DNA from: a bacterium
GTDB taxonomy: Bacteria > UBA8248
Direction: 5' to 3'
Length of the DNA: 64,000 nt
Assembly: GCA_965213685.1 (NCBI GenBank)
Contig: CBDBZY010000041.1
Coordinates: forward strand, 512,001 to 576,000
The notes beneath the pieces were generated by a model. The model was not told where the DNA came from. It was given only the letters and a program-made list of their open reading frames with translations, and made no database searches. Both the position numbers and the translations under genes were made by a program. Below, one piece after another: positions 36,326 through 47,955 of this stretch. How positions within the stretch are numbered: position 1 is the stretch's first letter; the number at the start of each line of letters is the position of its first letter.

Positions 36326-39300
36326 AGCTTAAAAATGGCGCGAGGTTACTAACTATCTGTCAGCAGAGGAGGTTGGACACGATGTTGTTGTTACGTAATT
36401 ATCACATGACCAAATGCATACCATAACCATAAGCCCGTATTAAGAGCGCATATAGCGTCTGAGAACGTAGCGAGGTCATGGCCGTGCTTAGGTGGGATTA
36501 AGAATTAAAAAGAACCTCAAAATGGCCACTAGTTACTTGATAATGCGTTAGTAGCTTCTCTCCTGTCCCAGCACTCGTAAAGAAAACGGAAGAAAGCAAA
36601 CGTAGCTAAGAAATTCAACCTTGGTAGCAAAGTGGTCGGGGCGCTTAGTCTCTACGGCTACCTTGGGATATGAACGACAAATTGTTAAAGTTTAAACGAA
36701 ATCCATTCGTGGCTCCCCAAGAAACTGAGGCCAGAACAAACATGGTTCTTCAAATGAAGTTTTCTATAGAACGCGCTCTGGAATGCAATTTTATTCCAAT
36801 CTAAGGAGAGCTCACGTGGCCGTGTCCGACCTCCTCTGATCTGTCGGTGACCTGGGTTTACTTAGCGAAAAAAATCTCCTCATTATCATCTTAATTTATG
36901 GATGCCATTTTCTAAAGCATGTTATTTGGTGCAGCCTTCCTCAGCAGCAGCTGAGGGTGTCTTTTCGATTTTATTATATTCACCTTCTCTACTGCACAAG
37001 AATCATCATTGGAAGACTATAATACAAGTATCAATCATGTTGTAATACAAGTATAGAGCTTTGTTTAAGGCTTTGTACATTCGGAAAAGTAATATTATGG
37101 TAACTCACAAGAAAAATTGGCAACATGAAAAGAAAAATTGGCCGCTTGAAAAGAAAAATAGGTGGAATAAAGGAAATAATTATGCTAAGCGTTGAGCATA
37201 ATCCACAAAGGCCTAAGCCTGGGGCTGGCTTGCTTCCTGGGCATCAGACTGTCACATCGCTCACATTTGGCTGTGTGTCAGAATGAGAGCAGATTTTTAC
37301 CTCATAACTACAGCAGTCCAATTAATTCTAATCGTGTTGGTTTGCATTGTACAGGCACTACACAGCAATAAAGAGAAGGTTACTTTAACCTTGCTAACGT
37401 TATCTAAGTTGCAGCTGATTGACACCATGTCACTCCCATGTTGAGTTTCTATTTCTCCTATATCCTTGAGACTGATAGCATGTGTGCAATGTGTAGAGTG
37501 ATTCCAGAGCATAACCAGAGTAATGTTTGCTATGGTAGGAACTTGACATGTGACAGGTAAACAGCCCATAGGGGCCTCACTGCTAGGCCATGCTCAATGG
37601 ACCAAGTGAATGCAATTTACTCTATTCCTCAATCCTCCACATTTCTTGAGGGATATCCTACACATTTTGAACATTCTATATACTACTTCAGTGCCAGATG
37701 TTGAGAGAGCAAATGTGCAACTGAGGTAGCCATATTAAATGGTTAAAGTAACCATGAAATTTTTGCAGTGTACTAAACACTGTTTCCTACAAAATTAATA
37801 GGCTATTTTATGGAGTGCTATTAATACGTACAAAAAACATTGTAGTACGTCTTGGGTACTCAATGAACCATTTCATCATTTTTGCTGCACTCTGGAGACT
37901 CAACCTCCACACACTGTATCACTACACAGCAATAGTCTGGCGGATATGATCCATTTCATTTTAGGGCAATGAAGTGCACATTTACAAACATTAAGCATGT
38001 TAGATTGTGCATAGCACCATCAATTACATTCACAAACGTTGAGCATGTAAAATTATGCATAACAACCATCAATAGCACTCAGATAGTTATTTATATTAAA
38101 CTGACACTTAAACTATGTTGTATAATTTCAACTATGATTTAGCAAATTAACAAACACAAGTTACAAGATTTCAGTTGATCGTAAGGACCTACATTTTCAC
38201 CATCCTAGCTCAAAACTTGTGCTAACAACACAATAGTTCTAGAATGCTATGACATCATATTCCAATCATGCTCATCCACTCTTCATCTTTTATGTAAATA
38301 GACAATATTCATGTCAGATTACCCTCACTTGAGTACACACATAATATTACACATTTCTGCAATAACAATAATTTAAAAGCAACTTGACGGTTATGGACTT
38401 TCCAGGTGCTTGTCATCATTCTCTGGAGACATAATGAAGAGCCTCCACTTTCCGCACTATACTATTCATTAGTCTAGTAGCCATGTTTTAACACGTTATA
38501 CTGGACTTTCGATTGTGAGAATTACCTTCAATTTGCTACACAGCAAAAAAGAGATGGTTGTTTCAACCTTGAGTAGGGTTATCTCAGTTGCAAGCACTCA
38601 AGTATAAAGTTATCATATGGTTCCCACACTACAATTCAACAGTTATGAGTTGCATACTGTGTCTTATGCTGTCTCTAGATTGTGTATATAGGGTGCATGT
38701 CTCCAGGGTAATGGGTGATGTGACATGTGCTTGAAACATGATGGGTAAGTAGCATACCTCTCCTACACAATCAGTGCCATAGTCGTGATCAGTCAGTGCT
38801 ATGTCATGCTCAATCAACTTGTAACTCCCTTTTCCTTAACTGCTCAATGGCCTCATTACTTAGAAGATCTCCTACACATTCTGCACATTCTATAGTGCCA
38901 GGTATTGAAAGATGCAACTGAGATAACCTTACATATGGGTTAAAGTAACCATCATTCTTTTGCAGTGTATGTGTATACTCTTTTTTTATATCTGTCCTCA
39001 TAGGCGTAAAAATACATACAGTTCTAAGATTGGGGGATACAGTAGCTGCTACTTGTCGCGCGTAGTTTGCGTATCGCCCTCCCTCTGTCCTAAGACTTTT
39101 GGGAGGAGGGGCTGTAGAACTGAAGAGAAACATTAGGGGAGGGCTATAGCCCCCAAAGCCCCCACGGTTCCGATGCCTATATACCTATTATACTCACGGC
39201 GGCACATATATTTAGAGCGCTGCGACTTTGACGCCTCCTTATGTTGAGAGATTGCAACTTACAAGCACGTGGCAAAAGAAAAGATCTATCTCATCCTCTC

Positions 39301-40442
39301 ACCTGCCACAATAGGTACGATGTGAAGACACGGGAAGGTGTATGATAAGTTGCTGTCACGTTTCTCAACTGAGGTGCGATATCTGTGACTGCAATCACCC
39401 TTCTTCATGCAGGAGGCATCAGGAATCAGACTTTGCTATAGTAAGGTGCTAATGACCCCTCTTGACGTTCTTGAGGTGCTGCTAGTCTACCTTTATAGTT
39501 ATTCCCCAGTTTTGACGTCACCCAGAGCGTAGATAATGGACATTATTCAGGTCATCCTCGTCACGCGTATTAGGTACCACGGGGCTCACCCACGCGTCTT
39601 CCTCTTCCCATTCTTCCCACAAAGTATCCTCAGTTTCACAGTGCAGTGTCTGTCCCACTGCAATGCAAATGTGCGCTGTGTGTGTTTCATTACATACTAT
39701 CACACCTAGTACGCAGGGGCGGCGGCAGCCAACTTTAGTTGGGGGGGCGAGGCAAGATAACGTGTTTGCGGAATCTACGCGGCCAAAAATCTAATCCCGA
39801 TTCGAGGACGTAAACGTGCCCGATACTGTACGGAATTACAGTATTGGTACGTTCAGTTGGGCCAGTCCCATTGTATTTTTTGTATGGGGCCCGCCTTACA
39901 GCTCGAATCGACATGAAACCCCAGTGTCGGTTCGAGGCCGTAAGGGCCTTACGTGCTCGATTCGAGCTCCTCCTTGTCCTCGATTCGATACCTTACGGCA
40001 GTCGGTATCGAATCGAGCCCAATTATTATTGGCTGTGTACGCTGTACGTACGCGCTACATATAGGTTATACAGCTAGTCCATGGGCCCTTAGTAGCGTCC
40101 TCGTTTCGCTCGGACGCTACAGCCCAGGGCCCTCGGGTTTCTAAATCACGTATTTCCATTGGACGAGCTGTATAACCGGTTTAGACTGTGCGTACACATT
40201 GCTTATTAACAAGCGTCCGTAGCAACAAGATTTCAAGTTTAGTGCAGTCGCCTGTAGAGATGAAAGCCTTCTTCTGCGACGAAACAAACGACGAAAAGCT
40301 CGACATTGATGCGCTCATGCTGGCAGCAAGCCAGCATTACGAGCGGACATTGTTGACTCCGTCGTGACCCAACGCAGGGCCTAACCTACCTGCGCCGAGC
40401 TCTACTGCCCAGCTATTAAAGTGCTGCTATGTTCCTATATGT

Positions 40443-40811
40443 ACAAGTAATAAAAACATTTTCAAAAAATGTTGAGGGATGTAGGGATGGCAGTGCCAAA
40501 ACCCGCAGAAACTAGATATGGTGGTGGCAGTGTCCAGGCAAGACAGGGTATACAAGGACTACACAAGTAACCCCATCCCTACATCTTTTTTTTCTCCATG
40601 ATAGTACTGTGTATACCTAGGCTATGGTATGAGATGACTGGGAAGGGTTGCACTTGAAAAAAAGAAAAGATGTAGGGATGGGGTTACTTGTGTAGTCCTT
40701 GTATACCCTGTCTTGCCTGGACACTGCCACCACCATATCTAGTTTCTGTGGTTTTTGGCACTGCTATCCCTACATCCCTCAACATTTTTTGAAAATGTTT
40801 TTATTACTTGT
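40443..40811. repeat. 147-bp near-perfect inverted repeat with 75-bp spacer
   Basis: 40443-40589 is the reverse complement of 40665-40811 with few mismatches. Confidence 0.9.
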
Positions 40812-40848
40812 TTGTACTCTTTTTCCTTGTACAATAGTACAGTAACAA

Positions 40849-41533
40849 TGCTGGAATGGAATAGCTAGGGGTCCAGAAAGGCTTAGAACGCGAGCGTTCG
40901 CGAGTTAGGAAGGCTTTCCTATGTACGCGCACTATGGGCGTGTCGGTGCCATCCCTACATAGAGGGTCTACCGACTCTCTGATAGTGAAGTTGGACGCTA
41001 CTCGAACATGCCACATTCAGCGACTACAGCGGAAATTAATAGGCGTGGCTTTTCGCGAGGCCCGCCCTCACGTGCTTACCGTTTACGCCACGTGACAATA
41101 ACTATTACAAATATGATTTCCAAATATGGGAAGTTGTCCGGGCCTTCTAGTTTCTGCCCATTTGGGAAGGTACTAAGAGTTTTATTAGCGCAGATCGTAC
41201 TTTGTAGTGATTACAGTGGATCCGTGAAAGAACTACGGTGATTACTTCAGCCAGTTTTGAGGAGCGTTAGTCTAAAGAAATGTCTTAAGAAGAAGAAGAA
41301 GAATAGGAAAGAAAGACAACGACCTTTGGAGAGTTTTCTGGTAGTAAGTCAAGGGGTGCGTTTTAACTACTTGGGGGGTATTGTTGGATAGAGAAACGCT
41401 GGAATAGAATAGCTAGGGGCCCAGAAAGGCTTAGAACGCGAGCGTTCGCGAGTTAAGAAGGCTTTCCTATGTACACGCACTATGGGCGTGTCGGCGCCAT
41501 CCCTACATAGAGAGTCTACCGACTCTCTGATAT
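40849..41533. repeat. ~135-bp direct repeat pair
   Basis: gctggaat.gaatagctagggg...ctaccgactctctgata at about 40850-40984 and 41398-41532. Confidence 0.85.
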
Positions 41534-42479
41534 ATATATATATATATATAATCACATTATATTATTTAGGGGGGAGCATTAATTAGTGATATGCAGGTGG
41601 CATAGTTGAAATACACAGTATAGTTAATTCCTCCATAACTAATTCTGTGCGCAGAGTATTCTAACCATGCAGTCCCCCCCTCCCCCCCTCTCACTAATTC
41701 AGTGTGCCCTGGGCCCTGGCCCTTGCCCTGTCAAATATGACCAAACATCATGTAACCTCATATATCCCATCAAACGACCAAGGTTAATGAGCAAATCTGC
41801 CCTCGGGTACTGGTATTGCTAGTATCTCAGACTAGTCTTGTTTCGGTCTGGGAATGAGACTAGTCTCAGACTTAATTGGTGCAGCTACATGTAAGTGAGT
41901 ACAGTACGTTGCACTATAGGCAAACAATTTGACTAATGAATGTTCACCGCATGAACATCCACTCAAAACTGTGTAACTTCCACGATTCAAGATAGATAAT
42001 GGCTTAAATGTATATGTGCACCATGAAAGATCTTTGCCCCATATCTGGTTGGGCATATGGACCATTTTCATTCTGAGTTTTATTCTTATATGACATTGTG
42101 TAGGCTTGCTGCTTTGTTTTCTTTAAATAAATTTAATATTATTCTAAGCTGTTGAAGTTGTTACAGATGTATATTTTTATAAGCCGATGAGGTTGTTACA
42201 TATACTTATTTTTCTAACTAAGCCATTGAGACTGTTCTCCAAATGTTAAACTCTATTTTTCTAAGCCATTGAGGTTGTTGTTAAATTTAGTTTGTTTTAT
42301 AGTGTGTGATTCTTTCTTTCTTCTCTGTTCTCTTCTTTCTTTCATTGTAGCGCACTATGCATGTGATTGTTCATGTATGACATAGCTATAAAGGCGAACA
42401 ATTTGAATGATCAACACATCCATCTGCAATTGCATGACTTCCACAAATCAAAATAACGTGCATGTACTAATTATACAAA

Positions 42480-42569
42480 TTGTTCTCCAGTCCAGTGGTT
42501 AAACACAAAGCTTATCCCAGACAGAGGCAGACACCAGGTGGAGGAGCAGGGTGGGTAGGGAGAACATGC
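42480..42569 (-). pseudogene. Internally deleted copy of the P2X last exon
   Basis: Same acceptor context and ttctccctacccaccctgctcctccacctggtgtctg, then a deletion into the 3' flank. Confidence 0.6.
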
Positions 42570-42846
42570 CTGAGGGAGGGAGGGAGGGAGGGAGGGAGGG
42601 AGGGGAGAGAAGTAGAAACAGGGAAAGGAGAGAGGGAGGAAGTCAATGAGGGAGGGAAGGAAGGAGGGAGAGAGGAGGGAAAGAAGGAGGGAGGGAGGAG
42701 AGAGTGGGAGGGAAGGAAGGAGGGAGAGAGGGAGGAAGGTAGGAGATGGTAGACTAGGAGGAAGGGGGGTGGTATCATACACAATGTACACGGCATGTTT
42801 GGCATGGAAACAGAGGAGGTGTTTGTATGGTATGGTGGTCATTCAC

Positions 42847-42907
42847 CTTGCCTTCTCCAGGTTTCTAAGACTCACAAAAAACAGCCCCATCCCCAACCCG
42901 ACAGCAT
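42847..42907 (-). pseudogene. CTR9: CTR9 internal exon fragment (AVGLGMGLFFVSLRNLEKAR)
   Basis: Matches CTR9 [20 protein letters not shown]; cag and gtgaat boundaries. Confidence 0.75.
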
Positions 42908-43469
42908 CTGCAACAGATGAAAGCATAACGTATCATGTCAGGAGCCACATGAAGAGTGGTGAAGGAGCATACAAGTGCAGTTTATCAAAACATAGCACTA
43001 CAGTCATAGTTGAACTGCTGTGGGGCCTCTGGCTGGCCTCCAACAACTTCCGTATTAGGAAGCTTTTGAATCCACACGGCGGTGTGGATATTACATAAGT
43101 TATACACTCTTTTGCCGCCCTTCGGGTGGTTCATATGTTCCTGAATGTGTAATGTGCATGTACATGTACACTGTACTTGTATATACAAACTTTGGAGTAG
43201 AGTAGAAACTGAACGGCGTATTGTATCCCCTGGTACTCCTTTGAACCATGTGGCATCAGCATATGTACAATGTACTTACATGACAATACATGTACATGTA
43301 CAATGTCATGTAGAATGCTATGAACACGTTATCCCATGTATGATAATAATTATTACGACACACATGTACACTGTATGTAGGTCACCTAATGTACTTGTAC
43401 TATTTTGGAAGTGTTTGAGTTTCCAGCACATGTATGGTATGGCCACAGTGTGTATATACAGCAGCACAG

Positions 43470-43523
43470 TGTCCAAAGCAGTCGTCTGGTCCTCCTCACT
43501 GTCTGCATACAGTAGCATGCATC
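43470..43523 (-). pseudogene. CTR9: Degenerate second copy of CTR9 exon 4 (YADSEEDQTTALDT)
   Basis: Local duplicate of 45341-45453, copied together with its upstream SINE. Confidence 0.65.
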
Positions 43524-43707
43524 TGAAATGAGGTGGAAAGAGGGGGAGGGGGAGGGGTGCAGAGGGAGCAAGTAAAGTATAGAGAAGAGGAGGGAGGGAG
43601 AAAAACAGGTGCAGAACAAGAAGTGCGCAGCCACACAAGTGTACATGTACTTTATGCTACAGCTTCATGTGCACTGCTATGAATAAATAGAAAATTTCAC
43701 TCAGTGT

Positions 43708-43920
43708 GGCTCCTCCCCTGATGGAGAGGAGTTACCGGTCGATCCCTAGAGGGATTCTGAAGGCACATACAGAGTGATATTGAGAATTGTGAGGGCTGGC
43801 TGTCACCCGGTGGTCATAGCTCAGGTGGCACTGACAGTTAAAGACAGAGGCCCCCGGTTCAATCCCGGGTGGCTGCTGATTTTTCAGTTCTCTAAAAATA
43901 TTCCCAAGCCTTTCCTCATG
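43708..43920 (+). mobile_element. SINE-like element with an internal tRNA-derived segment
   Basis: GGTCATAGCTCAGGTGG...GGTTCAATCCCGGG preceded by a ~100-nt structured leader; co-duplicate of 45569-45780. Confidence 0.65.
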
Positions 43921-44164
43921 TACTTACGCTACATGTACATGTACTGTACAGAAATGTAACCTCATGTAGCATACAATAGCATACATACATCTGCAATGAG
44001 ATGGAAAGGGGGGAGGGTAGCAGGGGAAGGAAAGAGGAGGGAGGAAGAGATCCAGGCACACAACATGTGTGCACTAGCAACTGGCCCACATGTCATGTGT
44101 ATTTATGCTACCTGCACATGTACATGACATTATACATTTTATACATACACACAAATAAACATAC

Positions 44165-44325
44165 AAAAGGTCTCGAGATCTCCCTTGCACATTCGATGAC
44201 CTATGACCAAAGTGACCTGGGTCAGCACAGACGAATCCAGGTCTGTGAAGATGGCAGAGCACTGGTTGGTCTTCTCACGGTCTGGCGGCAGACAGTGCTG
44301 GGAGGTGGCAATCATGTGGCGCTCG
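44165..44325 (-). pseudogene. Orphan exon resembling the N-terminal region of DOCK1-5 GEFs
   Basis: SERHMIATSQHCLPPDREKTNQCSAIFTDLDSSVLTQVTLVIGHRM resembles DOCK ISERF....G.P...EK..L.AxFTDLSS (from recall); cag acceptor and gtatg donor. Confidence 0.55.
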
Positions 44326-45340
44326 CTGCTCGTGGGGAGAGGGAGGGAGGGAGGGAGGGAGGGAGATAGGTTGGAAGAGCATGTCCAAACATACAGTGCC
44401 ATACATGGATATACATGTACATGTACATGTACTGTACATGTACACTGTCCCATGAGTACATTTACACATGTATCTGAAACAGGAGAGGCAGAGGGACAGG
44501 GAGACAAGGGAGAAGGGAAGAGGATTGAGACGTACAGTGTCGAGGGTAGAAGGGGTGGATGAATAGAGGATGGATCGAGGGAGGGAGGGGGAGGGAAGGA
44601 GAGGGAGGGAGGGGGAGGGAGGGAGGGAGGGAGGGAAGAGAGGCATGGAGCTTGAGCAGCAGCACAAGCCCCACATGGAGGTGGAGGGGGTGCACTGTAC
44701 AGTAGAGGGGAATACTGTGCCAGTAGCACAATAGCACACATCACTAGACACCCACCAGCCTCACATGCACACCACACAATACACCACTGCACTGCCCCAC
44801 CCTCACCACACTATACCTTGACAAGCACGCATGGGTACATGTACGTCACTGAGCCAGACAAAAGAAGGCAGGGGCGGAGCTTGTTCTGCTGTATTTGGTC
44901 GGTGGGAAGTAGCCATGACACACTATTAGCGGCTAACTGTTGGAAGTACGGAGAAGGGGTTAATGTTTTTCACAACAGTAGCAGGCCTACACCACCTGCT
45001 TTTGTGCACAATTGCCATACACAGCAGACACACGTGTGTATGTAGTAGCATGGATAGAAGGTTGCATGGTAGATGAGTTATGGAGGCTAGAGGGAATGTG
45101 CTGACATCCCCTTGCGAGTACCACTTCCGCAAGCTGTTCCAAGGCAAGAGCCTAGTACTGGCACACGCGATGAGCTAGCAATCACATGAGTAGCAAATGA
45201 CGTAAGTGTTGAAAATGCCAAGGAAATTCACTACCTGTCCCAGACCACTTCACTTTTGGGTGGTCTGGGAATGAGACTAGGCACAAAATGTGAGTAAAAT
45301 CAAACTAAGAGAGCTGTTCCCAACACATGTGACCTCTGAC

Positions 45341-46362
45341 CTGTGTAAAGAGCTCTTTCTTCTCCCTCCTGGCCTGCTGGACGTGGTAGGCTGCCAGAGT
45401 GTCCAGGACAGTCATCTGGTCCTTCTCACTGTCTGCATAGCTCATGTCTGCATCTGAAACAGAGATGAGGGAGGGAGGGAGGGAGGGGAGGGAGGGAGGG
45501 AGGGAGAAAGAGGGAGAGAGGGAGGAAGATAGGGAAGAAAAGGTGACCTATACATATACATTGTACATGGCTCCTCCCCTGATGGAGTTACTGGGCGATC
45601 CCTAGCGGGATTCTGACGGCACATACAGAGTGATATTGAGAAGGCTGGCTGTTACCCAGCTAGTGGCCATAGCTCAGGTGGTAGAGCACTGACAGCTAAA
45701 GTCAGAGGCCCCCGGTTCAATCCCGGGTGGCTGCTGGTTTTTCACGGTTCTCTAAAAATATTCCCAAGCCTTTCCTCATGAGTGCATGAGTGTACATGTG
45801 CCACAGCATGTGAAACATTTTCTTTTGATCACTGACCACTTCGAGATGCCTCCAATAGTCTGACAAACTCTTCATGTTCATTCTGCTTGTAGTAGTGGAG
45901 CTGATGGCAGAAGAGAAGGAGGAGGAGAAGGAGGAGGAGGAGGATTTCCCACCTGCCATATAAGGTAGAGGGGGAGTACTCACAGCGAGGGCCACCTATG
46001 TATGCAGAGGAGCTCTCTCATCTCTGAGGATACTGATCACCTCATCTCCCTCTGGTAGCTGGTCAATGTCCAATTCAATCACCTGGACACAGGGAAAAGG
46101 CTGGCCATGTGCCCATGCACACACTTTGCTGCTCCACACACTACACTGCACACACAATACCAGAATGCACACACATGCATGCACACATGTACATGTATAC
46201 GTGCATGTGGTTTTGTCGAAAGCCATAGTGCGCATTGAATAGAACTAGCGTCTTTCTCTCCCTCATGCTCACGCAGAGTGAAGCTCTCTGCAGGCTCACC
46301 TCGTCCGTGTCCCTGAGAGGAATCTCTATGGAGGACGCACCAGGTACGTAGCGCGTGGCCAT
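45341..46362 (-). pseudogene. CTR9: CTR9 exons 1-4 duplicate with a nonsense mutation
   Basis: Exons 46362-46300, 46082-45984 (TGG>TAG at 45996-45998), 45900-45837 (LHYYKQNEHEEFVRLLEASRS) and 45453-45341 ([37 protein letters not shown]). Confidence 0.9.
45569..45780 (+). mobile_element. SINE-like element with an internal tRNA-derived segment
   Basis: GGCCATAGCTCAGGTGGTAGAGCACTGACAGCTAAAGTCAGAGGCCCCCGGTTCAATCCCGGGTGGC embedded in a repeat body. Confidence 0.7.
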
Positions 46363-46513
46363 CTCCACTCGCTGCCGCAGGAGAGAGGGCGCAGAGGCTG
46401 GAGCGATGGAGTGCAGTGAGCGTGAGGTGCTTCTATTTAGAGCACATGGGCGGAGTTAGTGTATACATGTAGGGACCCTACATGTACAGTATGTTATACG
46501 TGTAGGAATGTAC

Positions 46514-46914
46514 ATATAGGGCATAGGCACCTGGTGATGGAGTTCTCTGGTGACACAGGTGAGGAAGAAAGAATAAAGAGACAAACTTCTGTCCCGGGCA
46601 TCGAACCTGGGCCCAGTGACTGGGAGTCCAGTGCACCAAGCGAAAAGCCATTACCCGGGACAAAAGTTTGTCTCCCCATTCTCCCTAGAGGGGTTCTGAC
46701 AGCACAAGATTAGGGTGGTCTGTCAGTGGGATGTTGACTGAATAGTCAACGAACACTGCCAGCATATAAGGAAGAATGGGGAGACAAACTTTTGTCCCTG
46801 GTAGTCTTGTCGCTTGGTGCACTGGACTCCCAGTCACTGGGCCCAGGTTCGATGCCCGGGACGGAAGTTTGTCTTTTCATTCTTTCTTCTGCACCTGTGT
46901 CACCAGAGAACCTT
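46514..46914. mobile_element. Palindromic SINE-like element with two inverted tRNA-like arms and a 14-bp TSD
   Basis: Arms 46542-46682 and 46773-46910 are reverse complements, each with gactcccagtc and GGTTCGATGCCC; flanking direct repeat gtgtaggaatgtac. Confidence 0.7.
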
Positions 46915-47150
46915 GTGTAGGAATGTACTTGTTGCCAGGTAACTCCATCCTTCATCTTATCCTCTTCCTCATCTTCCAGATTGTTTTCCTGATCGTCCCC
47001 TTCTTCCTCTTCTTCCTAGTTAACCTTCCTCCTCTTCCTTCTCCTACTCCTCTTCCTAATAATTGTTAGTCCCTCCTCCCACTCCTCCTCCTACTCCAGA
47101 TTTCTCTATCACTCACTCTCCCCCTCCCTCCTTCATGCTCTCTCTCATAT

Positions 47151-47515
47151 CAGTGGCGGCTCCTGGGGGGTTTCTGGGGTTTCTGGAAACTGGTCAAACT
47201 TTGCCTGCCATTAATTTTCACCGCCGAGCATAGCGCTACGCGTGAGCATTGCTTATTAGCGGTGAGAATTCAAGGTTACATTTGATTTTGTTTGCACAAC
47301 TGCTCAACATATGGCTCAGATTCAATCTCTGGAGGCCTGATTTTCAAAATTTTCCTGGGGGGGGCATGCCCCCCTAAGTAGTCTTGCGTGCATTGCATAC
47401 GTTTGGAAAATTCGTATGGCTCGCGAGACTACCCCCCCAAGTACTGCAATGTTTTGTCTGCAGCAAATTCTTAACCCTTAGAAACTACTTGACTTTTGTT
47501 CAGGAGCCACCACTG
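47151..47515. mobile_element. hAT5-type MITE
   Basis: catat|cagtggcggctcctg ... caggagccaccactg|catat; empty site near 9700. Confidence 0.8.
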
Positions 47516-47955
47516 CATATCACTATATTACTGCCGTCTTCATCAGTCCAAACATGTGATGTCACAATCATTCTGATTGTCTGAAGAAACTGCTTTTAAT
47601 TAATAAAATTCTACAAAGATCACAACGCATTAATAAGACAACGCACATATCAGCTAGTGTAGGATGTTGGAGTGAATGTATAGAAATAATAATAATGAAC
47701 ACTTCATTATATGAACAAGGTGTTTTGTTTACTACGGTGTAATATGATTGTTGTACAGTATACATGTAAACCAATTTTAGTTAATCACAAATTAAATGTT
47801 AATTATTAAGCCAACACACAAAATAGCAAGTTATAAGAGTGAAGTAACACGTAATGCATAGCAGCATACACAAATTATCTATGATAGCACATCACTGCAA
47901 TAATTAGTGGTAGTTCACATGTACAGTTGTGGTGTTATCAGAGAAGCAATCAGTG

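Noticed and set aside
45664-45735. Possible tRNA gene
   Set aside because: Embedded in a longer repeat body that is duplicated at 43708, with a non-canonical anticodon arm; treated as SINE-derived.
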